Positions 1 through 9,872 of a stretch of DNA of 64,000 bases are shown here, piece after piece. The DNA is taken from the IMG/VR virus record IMGVR_UViG_3300048536_000072, positions 890-64,889 of that record; one strand, given 5' to 3'. A program made the position numbers and the translations under genes. This DNA comes from a virus. Its lineage: Duplodnaviria > Caudoviricetes. The notes beneath the pieces were generated by a model, which was given only the letters and a program-made list of their open reading frames with translations, was not told the origin of the DNA and made no database searches. Position 1 is the stretch's first letter; the number at the start of each line of letters is the position of its first letter.

Positions 1-145
1 CGTCAGCTTCATCTTCTAAGACAGATTTGAATTCGATCATCAACTCACGTTTGGTGAATCGATGGATGTTTAATTGTTTCATCAAGTTACGTATGTATTG
101 ATCTACTAAATCTTTCTTTGCGTGACGACCTGATACGAAGTACAT
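1..145 (-). CDS. hypothetical early protein (partial, runs off window start)
   Basis: ATG at 145 (MYFVSGRHAKKDLVDQYIRNL...), preceded by AGAGAG SD and a sigma70 promoter. Confidence 0.6.
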   Translation of the reverse strand, partial: MYFVSGRHAKKDLVDQYIRNLMKQLNIHRFTKRELMIEFKSVLEDEAD

Positions 146-173
146 AAACAATCTCTCTTTAATTTATGATGCC

Positions 174-202
174 ATTATACGACATTACACAACACTTGTC
201 AA
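174..202 (-). promoter_or_regulatory. sigma70-type early promoter
   Basis: TTGACA-17nt-TATAAT on minus strand. Confidence 0.8.
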
Positions 203-205
203 GCG

Positions 206-499
206 TTATTTTCCAATATCTTTAATATTTTTTGGCCCAATGACTTGATATGCACCTTTGTTATAAGCAGGTGCAATAGTATAATTAGATGATATATCCT
301 TTTTCTCTTGACTTGTAAGTGTACCGCCAGTAGATCCGTGAGATATGGAATCTGCGCTCGGGTAATCTGGAGTTGAACGTCTGAAGGTATCAGGCGCAAC
401 GTAGGGTTTGAACTCAGACACTTTCTTCTTTGGTTTAGTCCAGTAGTTAGTTTTCTTCTTACGTCCAGTAGACGTGTGCCTCATACTAACGTGAATCAT
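206..499 (-). CDS. conserved hypothetical phage protein
   Basis: 97-aa ORF with GGAG SD; C-terminal YTIAPAYNKGAYQVI motif recalled from T4-like phage hypotheticals. Confidence 0.7.
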   Translation of the reverse strand: MIHVSMRHTSTGRKKKTNYWTKPKKKVSEFKPYVAPDTFRRSTPDYPSADSISHGSTGGTLTSQEKKDISSNYTIAPAYNKGAYQVIGPKNIKDIGK

Positions 500-931
500 C
501 TAGATAGTCTCCTGTTTTCTTTGACTCTTTCTTTTTGTCTTTGTGAGTTGCTGGTTTATTGAAGGTGTTAAGATTCTTCGCAACAGGATTCTTCTTGCGT
601 TTCTTATGAAGTTCCCAATGTAATCTTTTATTCTTCATTCTCCTCTATCTCCCTTACAATACCACTTAACTCACTTTGAATAATTGCATAGGTGTACAAC
701 AACGAACTATCTTTTGAACTGACGGCCTTCTCAGTGTACTCTTGGATTTTGTCCTTGAGTAGTTGTATGATCTGATCTTTGTTCAATGACAATGTCCGTC
801 TCCTAAATGATATCCTACCAAAGCACCTAGTAAGAAAATAAACCAATCCATTATGAAATGGAAGGAAAATGCCAAGACCAGAATTTCCTTCCAGTGTCTT
901 TGGCATACTTCCTTATACTTTTTAAACAAAC

Positions 932-1207
932 TCATAGATGTGAGATGTTAACAAGAATCTTGTCAACCTCAGACGTGGTTAGATAACCAATCACATCACT
1001 AGTTATGGGTGTATCATAACACAAAACGCCTTCGTTGTCAAGCACCGCAACTTCGTACTGACCATTCTTACCACCGTAAGAAAAGTCATGTTTGACTACA
1101 GAAGCACCATAACCATTATCAAACTGATAAACAAGTTGATAACCGTTTTGTTCTGGCATATCATACTTTACGATGGTCGTACCACCTTTGATTTCAAAAT
1201 TACTCAT
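932..1207 (-). CDS. hypothetical phage protein
   Basis: 91-aa ORF (FDNGYGASVV motif) in a co-directional gene string. Confidence 0.7.
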   Translation of the reverse strand: MSNFEIKGGTTIVKYDMPEQNGYQLVYQFDNGYGASVVKHDFSYGGKNGQYEVAVLDNEGVLCYDTPITSDVIGYLTTSEVDKILVNISHL

Positions 1208-1360
1208 CTAATTTATTCCCATAGTAATCGTGAGTACCTTCACGCATCTTGCGTTTACGCCACGAAGATTCCTCGGTAGCTGCATAACTACCCATAATCA
1301 TTAGGGCGCTGAACAACGCCACTCCCATAAACATTACAACACCAGCTAGAAATTCTAACA

Positions 1361-1792
1361 TTACGCAACCTCCTTCAGGTTCCTATGATATTCTGCCCTC
1401 TCCCCTTCAGGAAGCATGACATATGACTCTGTACCACCTTCGTTGTAGTACAGACCTCTCTCGGCAATATAATTACCGTAGAAGTTCCTTGTCAGGAAGT
1501 ATGGGTTCTCCCACTCTTCCCACGGAGTCTCATCGAGATCGACTACAGAGTAGTCAATGATGTACTCCTCAAATCCATTGGAGAAGGATTCGATCAGAGG
1601 CTTGACCTCTGCCACGATGTCCTTTGCGGACTGCGAGTTCACATCGAACTCAACCACGTAAGTGGATCCACCCTTGTACTTCCAGTACTGGGGTACTTCA
1701 CCCTTACCGTCCCAATCATGGGCTCCATAATTTTCCCTATGTTGGGTTCCAATCACAATTTTCGCTATAGCCATATCAAATACCTCTCTCAT
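1361..1792 (-). CDS. hypothetical early protein
   Basis: ORF downstream of promoter and GAGAGG SD; true start probably MAIAK. Confidence 0.7.
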   Translation of the reverse strand: MREVFDMAIAKIVIGTQHRENYGAHDWDGKGEVPQYWKYKGGSTYVVEFDVNSQSAKDIVAEVKPLIESFSNGFEEYIIDYSVVDLDETPWEEWENPYFLTRNFYGNYIAERGLYYNEGGTESYVMLPEGERAEYHRNLKEVA

Positions 1793-1801
1793 TAAAATAC
1801 T

Positions 1802-1830
1802 ATAATAACAAACTCAACAACTTTTGTCAA
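1802..1830 (-). promoter_or_regulatory. sigma70-type early promoter
   Basis: TTGACA-17nt-TATTAT. Confidence 0.75.
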
Positions 1831-2008
1831 GCACTTTTTTAAACTTTCTTCTAGATTTTGACCACTGTTTCATTGGTGACTTGAACATAATTTCTTTGGT
1901 TGTACCATGTTTTATATATCCAGCTAGATGTCCAGCACCATTAACTATGTAAGTGTGATTGGGGACTTTGTGGTCTCCCCAATCAGTGACCTCTTGTAAG
2001 TACTCCAT
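1814..2008 (-). CDS. hypothetical protein
   Basis: 64-aa ORF translationally coupled to the upstream ORF (TAATG overlap). Confidence 0.65.
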   Translation of the reverse strand: MEYLQEVTDWGDHKVPNHTYIVNGAGHLAGYIKHGTTKEIMFKSPMKQWSKSRRKFKKVLDKSC

Positions 2009-2340
2009 TATTTCTTACCCTTGTAACCAAGGGCTTCCATTGCATAGACAGGAGAACCACTAACTTCGTAACCGTACTTCTCAGAGTAGAACTTGTTGCC
2101 ATGGTTAGACAGTTCAAGATACTTCTCAACGGTCACGTTCTTCACTAGGAAGTTAACCCACGCCTTCCAAGGTTTGTAACCATACTTGAATCTTGCGATA
2201 AACTCTGGTTTTGGTAGACCAACCCAAGATGGGTGACAGTTAGGACTTGCGACCTCCATATTCACAGACTCGGTGTGTTTACCTCTATACATGAGATACA
2301 TACCGTCCCACGTGAAGTCTTCTTTATTAAATTTCGTCAT
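2008..2340 (-). CDS. hypothetical early protein
   Basis: 110-aa ORF directly behind promoter/GAGAGAG leader. Confidence 0.7.
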   Translation of the reverse strand: MTKFNKEDFTWDGMYLMYRGKHTESVNMEVASPNCHPSWVGLPKPEFIARFKYGYKPWKAWVNFLVKNVTVEKYLELSNHGNKFYSEKYGYEVSGSPVYAMEALGYKGKK

Positions 2341-2373
2341 AATTTTCTCTCTCTTCTCATTTTCAATACAAGT

Positions 2374-2402
2374 ATTATAACAACCGTGGCAACAAATGTC
2401 AA
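2374..2402 (-). promoter_or_regulatory. sigma70-type early promoter with conserved leader
   Basis: AAACGCTTGACA-17nt-TATAAT followed by ACTTGTATTGAAAATGAGAAGAGAGAG. Confidence 0.85.
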
Positions 2403-2421
2403 GCGTTTACGATAAAAAAAG

Positions 2422-2459
2422 TATAAATAAATGCAGTAACTAGAAAAAAGGTATAAATA
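2422..2459 (+). promoter_or_regulatory. tandem T4-type late promoters
   Basis: TATAAATA at 2422-2429 and 2452-2459, upstream of the only plus-strand genes. Confidence 0.75.
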
Positions 2460-2464
2460 ACACT

Positions 2465-2728
2465 ATGAGTAATGAACTATTCGATTTCGGTTTTACCCTT
2501 GTAGATGAGAACGAACTAGAGGTTGTCCAACAGGCACAATCACAAGTCGCATCTACTACTGCATCGGTGTCCGAAACACAAGCAAAACTAGACAAACTAT
2601 TTAATGCGATTCAACCGTTGTTGAACAATCTGAAGGCGAACCCAGAGAAAGAGTATATTCTATGGCCTAATCGTACTGAGAAGATTGAACAGTTTGAAAC
2701 GCACATTCAATCAATTTATAAAGGGTAA
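2465..2728 (+). CDS. conserved hypothetical late protein (coiled coil)
   Basis: 87-aa ORF 5 nt after TATAAATA; FDFGF...YILWPNR motif. Confidence 0.75.
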   Translation: MSNELFDFGFTLVDENELEVVQQAQSQVASTTASVSETQAKLDKLFNAIQPLLNNLKANPEKEYILWPNRTEKIEQFETHIQSIYKG

Positions 2729-2731
2729 CCC

Positions 2732-3673
2732 ATGTTTTACAGAGATGATCAGGAAACGATAATCAGTGACGTTGACCAACACGGTGATTCAATAATCACT
2801 TATGTATCTCAAGAAGAGAAACTAGAAACATATCGTTTCATCAACAGTAGACTAGTAAATTCTATCAAGCAGAATGAAATAGTTCTTAAATATAAAAACG
2901 AAGAAGTGCATATGGTTGCTGAAGCAATGAACCGTGCGCCTCTCTACTGTAACTTCCTAACATCTCGTGGATATAAAAACATTCTATTTGTTGGTCACTT
3001 CAACTCTGGTCAGTATCACTGGTACTTGGAAAAGGCAAAGAGTAATCCAAATACAAGAATGTATCAACCATTTCCTCCCGAAAGATATCATCAGAATTTT
3101 TACCCAGATATTAATATCATATTACAGTTTATCCCTATCTTCATGAAACAATGGGGTTATGCACCAAAGGTAACTATCGCACGTCCACCAGAGTCTCGTC
3201 ATCGTGGTCTACTACATTACCTATACAACAAATTTAAAGTTGCAGATACGATGGAAACATGCAACCGCCAATATAAACACGGTACACCGTTTGATTGGAA
3301 AATGAAAGATCGTGCTACAAGTGCAGAAAAGTTTGATGCAGTTGTATTCGCTGGTATTCCTATGCATGATGGTTCACAATCATTTGTTCTAGATCAGATT
3401 AAACATCACTTCGCAAAATACTGTACATCGAATGTTGAGTATGTTGATCTGTGGAACAATTACGATCTAGACGATGGTATGAGATTCTTCCGTAGTCAGA
3501 GAAAACACAGGATTGATGTTACAGGAAATATTGGTGAAGTAATTACCACCAGAGCGATATGGGATAAAGAGACACGTAACGCTAGTCGTCCAGAAGAGTA
3601 CGGTTTTTTGAAGCGTCAAATTAAAGTTTATTCTTCTGAAGAATTACCTGTAGACGAACAGGAAACTGATTAA
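2732..3673 (+). CDS. hypothetical protein
   Basis: 313-aa ORF, no recognised motif. Confidence 0.7.
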   Translation: MFYRDDQETIISDVDQHGDSIITYVSQEEKLETYRFINSRLVNSIKQNEIVLKYKNEEVHMVAEAMNRAPLYCNFLTSRGYKNILFVGHFNSGQYHWYLEKAKSNPNTRMYQPFPPERYHQNFYPDINIILQFIPIFMKQWGYAPKVTIARPPESRHRGLLHYLYNKFKVADTMETCNRQYKHGTPFDWKMKDRATSAEKFDAVVFAGIPMHDGSQSFVLDQIKHHFAKYCTSNVEYVDLWNNYDLDDGMRFFRSQRKHRIDVTGNIGEVITTRAIWDKETRNASRPEEYGFLKRQIKVYSSEELPVDEQETD

Positions 3674-4542
3674 GCCCAAGTAACTGCTTTAGGAACGTAA
3701 GAGGATATCTTTGATTTGATATCCTTTTCTAGTTTTGCAACTGGAGTAGGTAGTTTACCTTGACGTTTGACGTAGAAGTATTTTGCATCATCTAGGAACG
3801 ATCCTCCCTTACCAGACACCTTCAATGCGGAGTCAACACCGACTTTATTGAATGCGAACACAATATCCCCATCCATATATCTCTTTAGGGTTTTACCCAT
3901 ATTCAAGATATCACCCATAGTCTGTGATGCACCACGGTGTGTGTTGACTAGGATTTCTGCTGGTACTGTACGACTACGAGTCAGATTTTGCGCCTTAGCG
4001 ATTTCGATATCGTTTACCACCCACACGATGTGGATATTCTTTTTATCGTAACCAACGTTAGTCAATTGACGTGACAGGTTTCCTAACTTAGTGATATCTT
4101 TGAGTGTTGTATCGAAAATAAGATTAGGTTTACGATCAGCGGGTGCCGCCAAAATACCAGTCATTAATACTTTTTGTTTACGTGAGTCGATCTGCAAAAC
4201 GTTTGCGATAATGTCATGTAACTTACCAACGTTTTCTGGATTCTTTAGATCAGATGCAATGGCATCTATGTCCATTCCAGTCTTATCCTTAACACGTTTT
4301 TGAATTAGTTTAGATTTAGAAGCTGCTGTCTTGAGTGCATCGACATCCATGACTTTGCCTTCAAGACCAACCAAATTAGAAAGAACAAATCCCTTACCCG
4401 AACCAGCACCACCTGCCATGATAACTACGTTACCAAAGTTAGGATACGCCTTCCCACCGAATGTGATGAGTTTCTCTAATAGAATCTCACCATGTTCTTG
4501 GAGTTCTCGTTCTTCGAGATAGTGCTGATTAAAGGTCTTCAT
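3670..4542 (-). CDS. P-loop kinase (zeta-toxin/AAA_33-like) with capsid-targeting-like N-terminus
   Basis: Walker A GGAGSGKG, following DVD, LIFDTT Walker-B-like, lid RSRTVP; N-terminus MKTFNQHYLEE. Confidence 0.7.
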   Translation of the reverse strand: MKTFNQHYLEERELQEHGEILLEKLITFGGKAYPNFGNVVIMAGGAGSGKGFVLSNLVGLEGKVMDVDALKTAASKSKLIQKRVKDKTGMDIDAIASDLKNPENVGKLHDIIANVLQIDSRKQKVLMTGILAAPADRKPNLIFDTTLKDITKLGNLSRQLTNVGYDKKNIHIVWVVNDIEIAKAQNLTRSRTVPAEILVNTHRGASQTMGDILNMGKTLKRYMDGDIVFAFNKVGVDSALKVSGKGGSFLDDAKYFYVKRQGKLPTPVAKLEKDIKSKISSYVPKAVTWA

Positions 4543-4548
4543 AAAGTG

Positions 4549-4556
4549 TATTTATA
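4549..4556 (-). promoter_or_regulatory. T4-type late promoter
   Basis: TATAAATA 6 nt upstream of the ATG at 4542. Confidence 0.7.
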
Positions 4557-4764
4557 CAAATAAGCAGAGTACAGCTAGAACTACTAACCAAATAACTACG
4601 TTTGGTCGAAATTCCCAGACAGTATAAAAGTCGTCAATTGTACCACGTACAAAATCAACTACGACTTCTTGCACCTTATTCCAAAGTGCCTTTACTTTAC
4701 CGACTAATTTATTAATCACTATATTAACCCCCTTGAGATTTAGTTTGTACAACCACTTCCACAT
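4552..4764 (-). CDS. small membrane protein
   Basis: ORF with C-terminal hydrophobic stretch; start uncertain. Confidence 0.5.
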   Translation of the reverse strand: MWKWLYKLNLKGVNIVINKLVGKVKALWNKVQEVVVDFVRGTIDDFYTVWEFRPNVVIWLVVLAVLCLFV

Positions 4765-5341
4765 TATCAGGTAAAGGAATCTTTACTTTATTGTGGGAAT
4801 GGTATAGGAAGAATTTAACATCAGAGTATTCACTGAACATTGCTGGCCAGATCGGTCTCCAGTTATTTGCAATCCTATGTGTATTATTTATAGATCTATC
4901 GCTTTCTAAAATCAAATCTGTTGCAGATAACAACGTCATATCAAAGATAGAATCAAACCCATAGATGTGTACTTCTTTTGCACCCATCTTACCACATGCG
5001 TAATCTACTGCCATGTGTCCACAACTAAAGTTAGTTGCGTTCCCAGCATAATCAGGAACTCTTTGCCAGAAGTCCCGAATATTCTGCGAATACCTTAAAT
5101 AGAAGTTAGGTTGCATCTCCATCCATCTACGAGGTCGAGTACCAAGTACCCAATCGTACATGTTAAGATTAACCTTACCTTCCGCAAGAGCTGCCATCAT
5201 TTTGAAGTCAACCATGCAAGAGGCATGGACTTCATTCTTTGGTATTTCAAATGGTGGCATGTTACAAATCAATAACTTGCCAGGCGTACCACGTTTAAAT
5301 AAAAAGTTGTGATCACCGTTTCCTAATACATTAACTCTCAT
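4724..5341 (-). CDS. hypothetical protein, possible glyco-modifying (DUF115/sialyltransferase-like) fold
   Basis: VLGNG at N-terminus and GAKEVHIYGFD motif; lies in the glycosylation island. Confidence 0.45.
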   Translation of the reverse strand: MRVNVLGNGDHNFLFKRGTPGKLLICNMPPFEIPKNEVHASCMVDFKMMAALAEGKVNLNMYDWVLGTRPRRWMEMQPNFYLRYSQNIRDFWQRVPDYAGNATNFSCGHMAVDYACGKMGAKEVHIYGFDSIFDMTLLSATDLILESDRSINNTHRIANNWRPIWPAMFSEYSDVKFFLYHSHNKVKIPLPDNVEVVVQTKSQGG

Positions 5342-5777
5342 TACTACAGACTCTTATTCTCAAATCACTACTACTAAATCTATGATCTCGTTTATTAAAG
5401 TAAAGATCTATATCACGTTTACGACAGATATCCTTACCAGTAAAATCTCGGTCTCTATACTCTTCACCAAGAATACGTATATCTATATTGTACATATTTA
5501 AGATATCTTCGAGATCTTCTTCTGTTCCGTATGGAATAATCTCATCTACATAACCAACAGCCTTTAGCTGAGTGTATCTCTCAACCACAGTCTGGATAGG
5601 TTTGTTCTTTCCTTTCCTACCAGACGGATCTACTTGTAATCCACAAATCAAATAATCACATTGATCTTTTGCATCTCGTAACATCGATACATGTCCAGCA
5701 TGTAACAAATCGAATGCACTACAAGTGAATCCTACTTTACCTTTTACCACCGAAGTATTCCGTTGCATGTCCTTCAT
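5331..5777 (-). CDS. tagD: glycerol-3-phosphate cytidylyltransferase-like protein
   Basis: FDLLHAGH (HxGH) and RDHRFSSS motifs. Confidence 0.8.
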   Translation of the reverse strand: MKDMQRNTSVVKGKVGFTCSAFDLLHAGHVSMLRDAKDQCDYLICGLQVDPSGRKGKNKPIQTVVERYTQLKAVGYVDEIIPYGTEEDLEDILNMYNIDIRILGEEYRDRDFTGKDICRKRDIDLYFNKRDHRFSSSDLRIRVCSNES

Positions 5778-6117
5778 TCACCAACATCTCATTAATATTA
5801 TATACGCCATTACCAAGATCTACTACGATCTCTCCAAGGATACGTCCGAACTTACCTTTCGCATCATATGTTTTAGTTACAAGTTTTACTACCGATCCAG
5901 CGGGGGCCATGTTGTTGACGTACTCTTTCGCTGCAAGTCCCCTTGCTTTTTCCGCCAAGTCTCTGGTGCGAGTTTCTGGAGTATTGACACCATAAAGCCT
6001 AACACGTTGATTACTAAGAACAACGTCAAACCCAAGGTCAATATCAACGTCCACAGTATCGCCATCAACCCAACGTCCGATAGTTGCTTTATACTCATAC
6101 ATCTTCCTTCTCTCCAA
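5737..6117 (-). CDS. thermonuclease (SNase-like)
   Basis: VDGDT, RLYGVNTPE, KFGRILG and INEMLVNEGHA motifs. Confidence 0.85.
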   Translation of the reverse strand: MERRKMYEYKATIGRWVDGDTVDVDIDLGFDVVLSNQRVRLYGVNTPETRTRDLAEKARGLAAKEYVNNMAPAGSVVKLVTKTYDAKGKFGRILGEIVVDLGNGVYNINEMLVNEGHATEYFGGKR

Positions 6118-6310
6118 AATATTCGAGAGCGGTATTTAACTTATCTTCTGCCTCTGCAATCTTACTTAGTTCACCTTCGATAGATTCAACGATATCGGAA
6201 TGTTCTCCGATACCAGCTGCGTTATCAAGATATACTTGTATGTTTGCACGTGCGATAGCAATATCACCCTCTAGTTTCTTTACCAATGCTTCTATTAAAT
6301 AATGCATCAT
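6095..6310 (-). CDS. conserved hypothetical phage protein
   Basis: 71-aa ORF with GIGEH motif, coupled to neighbours. Confidence 0.7.
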   Translation of the reverse strand: MMHYLIEALVKKLEGDIAIARANIQVYLDNAAGIGEHSDIVESIEGELSKIAEAEDKLNTALEYFGEKEDV

Positions 6311-6963
6311 CCTATTTTCTCCTTAATTGTTTCTTTACCCTTTCTCCCTGTATGGTGAATTACGCAAGGGTTTTTTCCAGCTATACCATCTATATAGTCT
6401 AATCTTAACGTGTTAAACCTGTTCGGAAGATCTCTTATCAAGGCGAGACGCATTATTTCATTACCACCAATCATCTTATACAATGTCTCTTGATCACCAA
6501 CATCTGGATTCTCGATACATTCATTTGACCAGTGTCTTAAAATATTTGGTGATCCCTCGAAGACAACAACTCCAGTATTATGCCAATTACCCATAGCACC
6601 ACGTCTCTTTGTCCAAGGTCGATCCATTGCCATAGACAGTTTACCTTGTTCTGTCCAATTGAATATAGTATCGATACTTTCATCTGTAACTTCGCAATCA
6701 GTGTCTAACCAACAGACTTTACCGAATCCCATTTGGGATGCATCTAACATTGCACGTGGTTTCTTGAACCATCCTTTAGCTTGACTAATAACCTTAAACA
6801 CCCTAATGTTTTCTAAGTGTTCTAGTGATTCGAGAACTTCTTCGGTCATACCAAAGTCCGCAATCAATAGATGAAAATCTGTATGTTGTCGTAAGTTAGT
6901 GATGAACCACGGTAGTTGCCACTCAGTGTTTGAATCGCATCCTGTCAAATATGTTTTAAGCAT
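6307..6963 (-). CDS. GT-A fold glycosyltransferase (GT8-like)
   Basis: WLDTD DxD motif, NTGV, GDQE, HHTG. Confidence 0.7.
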   Translation of the reverse strand: MLKTYLTGCDSNTEWQLPWFITNLRQHTDFHLLIADFGMTEEVLESLEHLENIRVFKVISQAKGWFKKPRAMLDASQMGFGKVCWLDTDCEVTDESIDTIFNWTEQGKLSMAMDRPWTKRRGAMGNWHNTGVVVFEGSPNILRHWSNECIENPDVGDQETLYKMIGGNEIMRLALIRDLPNRFNTLRLDYIDGIAGKNPCVIHHTGRKGKETIKEKIG

Positions 6964-7594
6964 TTATAATCTCAACCTTGTTGTGTTTTGCCTGAGTTCC
7001 GATTTCTTTCTGTATAGTAGTGAACTCATCCTTTGCAGTTGCAGGCCAAGGGTAATACTCTTGTAACCAAGGCATATCATCTAAGTTCATAAACACATCT
7101 GTGGGTTTTGCACAGATCTTCGCCTGTTCTATTAGTCTCTTCGCACCTTCAGGTTTTACCAAGTACGCATGTGCGCCAGGGAAGTAACGTTTACTAGTAA
7201 GTTTGTTAACACCCAAAGTAGGTGGTGTATTCCATTTACCGTATGACGGATGACCAATATTCATAACATAATCAAAATGTACTTCAGGTACTTTATTATT
7301 CAAGACCGCATCATGTTCGAATATCGCAAATGTCTCATTGTCCTCTACACACTTCTTCCATAATGAGTAATGTGAAAAGAACGCAGCTGCACAGTTAGCA
7401 GTACGACTATAGACTTCATTTAACCCATCCATACTTAATCCCTCGTTTTCAAACAAAGAATCTAAGTCATCTTTAGGTGTTGTGGCGGGAAAGTGATGGA
7501 TGTTAATGTTGTACCAAGAACTATAACGGATGCAACGATCTGCAACCATTTTAGATTCTTCATTATCCATTATTGTAATTACGTATGACTTCAT
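6956..7594 (-). CDS. glycosyltransferase family 25
   Basis: YVIT, SHYSLW, IFEHDA, GAHAYLVKPEGAKRL, PTD motifs. Confidence 0.8.
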   Translation of the reverse strand: MKSYVITIMDNEESKMVADRCIRYSSWYNINIHHFPATTPKDDLDSLFENEGLSMDGLNEVYSRTANCAAAFFSHYSLWKKCVEDNETFAIFEHDAVLNNKVPEVHFDYVMNIGHPSYGKWNTPPTLGVNKLTSKRYFPGAHAYLVKPEGAKRLIEQAKICAKPTDVFMNLDDMPWLQEYYPWPATAKDEFTTIQKEIGTQAKHNKVEIINA

Positions 7595-8304
7595 CGTGTT
7601 GTGGAAGAAACCACTCCTTGTACTTTAGTGTAATATGGATATACGGCTCTCAGATGTAAGAAGTTCTCTCTACAGAGAAACGCATCATTGGGCCACATAC
7701 CAAGTTCTTTAATTTTTTCTAACGCTTCTCGTGCAATCTTAGGTTCCATCCAATACGCAGAATTTCCTGCCATACCTTGCGGTACAGGATCTTCTCCTTC
7801 TTCATTTACTACTGGAACGAACTTTAGATTGTCACTATAGGATACTAGTTCATGAAACAGTTGTGCCTTTCTTGTTGCACCACGTGGATCACATAATCCA
7901 ACGCAACCTAATCCTTTACGTATCCCAGTAAACTTTCGTGTGAATAATGCATCACTCTCCAATACTAGTGACGCTTGATCTTCCTTAACGATCTCTTCCC
8001 ATACACGCATATGGGATACCGCACATGCAATTACTTTCAATTGATTTTCTGCACGGTACATCTTCTTATAAACACCAGTCTGAAGATCTAATCCTTCTTC
8101 GTCTGGTGACATGGGCCAGTTCCATCTCCAATCTTTCCAATCAAAACAGATCATGTCTTTAAGATCTTGTTCCATAGTATCAGGTGTAGAAGCACGAAAG
8201 ATCTTTGGTGAGACGTGCGACTTAGTATCAACAATACTCTGTTTCAGTCTTGCGACTGCATCTTGTTGTTCACCCTCTACGTTGATAATATAAGCTGTTG
8301 TCAT
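7591..8304 (-). CDS. glycosyltransferase family 25
   Basis: CAVSHMRVW, VLESDA, GNSAY, PND motifs. Confidence 0.75.
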   Translation of the reverse strand: MTTAYIINVEGEQQDAVARLKQSIVDTKSHVSPKIFRASTPDTMEQDLKDMICFDWKDWRWNWPMSPDEEGLDLQTGVYKKMYRAENQLKVIACAVSHMRVWEEIVKEDQASLVLESDALFTRKFTGIRKGLGCVGLCDPRGATRKAQLFHELVSYSDNLKFVPVVNEEGEDPVPQGMAGNSAYWMEPKIAREALEKIKELGMWPNDAFLCRENFLHLRAVYPYYTKVQGVVSSTTR

Positions 8305-8891
8305 TAGGACTCTTCACGGTTTATTCGTTTTAATACTGTGTATCCAACATTATGTATAAAGTGATCAACTACTGCCCACTGTTGTTCGTGTTCAGTAATG
8401 TATTCAGCGATTGTTTTAAAGAGTCCACGAGTTGATTTCATGTTTGCAGTATCATGAAGTACAATATACTTCCTAACATGTTTTGCATGGAGTTTTAATT
8501 CACCCATCAAATGTCTTGGTACATGCAAACTGTCAATGTGAAGTAGATCACATTTACCTACACTCTCTTTATCGTGACTAGACATCTCAAGAAAGTTAAA
8601 ATCAATATTGTTCTCTTCCGCATACTTTTCAAAATGATGAAGATAAGGTTTGATATAACGAGGTGCAATATCTACACCTGTAAGTTTCCTTGGATTGGTA
8701 AGTAACAGAGCCGCTAGTGTGGCACCTTGACACACTCCAAGTTCTCTGATAACCTCACACTCTTCTGCACACTTAATTAGTGCATCGTGATGACCAGTGT
8801 AGGTTCTACCATGTTCCCCTTGTTGTGCGGACTTCAAGGTTTTATAAAATTCGTGAATATCCTTCACGTGAGTAATGTCTGGTTTTATCAT
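8304..8891 (-). CDS. class I SAM-dependent methyltransferase (Methyltransf_24-like)
   Basis: ELGVCQG, DLLHIDSLH, IVLHD. Confidence 0.75.
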   Translation of the reverse strand: MIKPDITHVKDIHEFYKTLKSAQQGEHGRTYTGHHDALIKCAEECEVIRELGVCQGATLAALLLTNPRKLTGVDIAPRYIKPYLHHFEKYAEENNIDFNFLEMSSHDKESVGKCDLLHIDSLHVPRHLMGELKLHAKHVRKYIVLHDTANMKSTRGLFKTIAEYITEHEQQWAVVDHFIHNVGYTVLKRINREES

Positions 8892-9604
8892 AGTTTGTGA
8901 CTCAAATTAGGGTTTGTATTCTGAAATTTTACTGGACTCGGATTCATGTATTCTAAGTGTAATACCCCATGATTGATTAGAAAATCTGATTGTTCTAATC
9001 CAAATTCAGCAGCTGCAGTAAGTATTTTATTTGCACCACTCACTGTCAAAATATACGCACTAGTGCCTGGCGTTAAATTGTATCCTAAGTATCTAGACTT
9101 TTTATAATACTTCAATGGATAACTTTCAGGGAATTCTTGTACCCCTAATTTATGATCGTGTTTATTATACCAACCCTTCATAGGTTGTTTGTTCAGACAA
9201 CTAGGTGGTTTAAATGCACCATCCATGTTTAGGAAACAATAGTCTCTTATACCTTTGGCACTAGGCATAGGTGCAGTCGCAAGAACATCGTGTTCTAGAA
9301 ATATCATCGGTTCGTTCTTCTTGATGACATCCTGTGCCAATCTTAAATTGTTATATACGCAAGATCTTTTGGTTTCATACTTCCGTCTCTCACGATCAAT
9401 TTTATGAGTAGAGAAACCTTGGAGTCTTCCTCCCTCCAATAGAGGAAATGGAAACTCATCAAGATCTAGAGTGTCACGTGTGACACCCCCAACAACTTCA
9501 TAGTTCCATTCGTATTTCTCTAGTGAAGCAACACAGTCTTTCATACAAGATTCAGACTGTTGGTTTCCCTTTACGTATATGACTCTAGCTAACATCACCA
9601 ACAA
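8888..9604 (-). CDS. glycosyltransferase family 25
   Basis: FLEHD, GTSAYILTVSGANKIL, QSD motifs. Confidence 0.7.
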   Translation of the reverse strand: MLVMLARVIYVKGNQQSESCMKDCVASLEKYEWNYEVVGGVTRDTLDLDEFPFPLLEGGRLQGFSTHKIDRERRKYETKRSCVYNNLRLAQDVIKKNEPMIFLEHDVLATAPMPSAKGIRDYCFLNMDGAFKPPSCLNKQPMKGWYNKHDHKLGVQEFPESYPLKYYKKSRYLGYNLTPGTSAYILTVSGANKILTAAAEFGLEQSDFLINHGVLHLEYMNPSPVKFQNTNPNLSHKL

Positions 9605-9872
9605 TCAACTTGACATGTTCAACATCAACAACCGCACATTTTAAACCGTCAAGTTCAACTGCGAACGCTTTCGTCCAATCTAGATATACCTTTTGTTCTG
9701 GTAGTAAACCTGCCATTGCGACATCTTCTGATCCACTAGTCGCAATTACTACGGCAGGTTTATTACCTGTCGCAATATCATTCTGTAAGATAATACCACC
9801 AGTGGTAGTCTCTTCCTTCTTTGCTTCCGCTACTAAAATGTTATTTCCTAATACCCTCATTCCAACTCCCAA
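9585..9872 (-). CDS. groES: co-chaperonin GroES (gp31-like role)
   Basis: MRVLGNNILV...ETTTGGIIL mobile-loop motif. Confidence 0.8.
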   Translation of the reverse strand: MGVGMRVLGNNILVAEAKKEETTTGGIILQNDIATGNKPAVVIATSGSEDVAMAGLLPEQKVYLDWTKAFAVELDGLKCAVVDVEHVKLIVGDVS

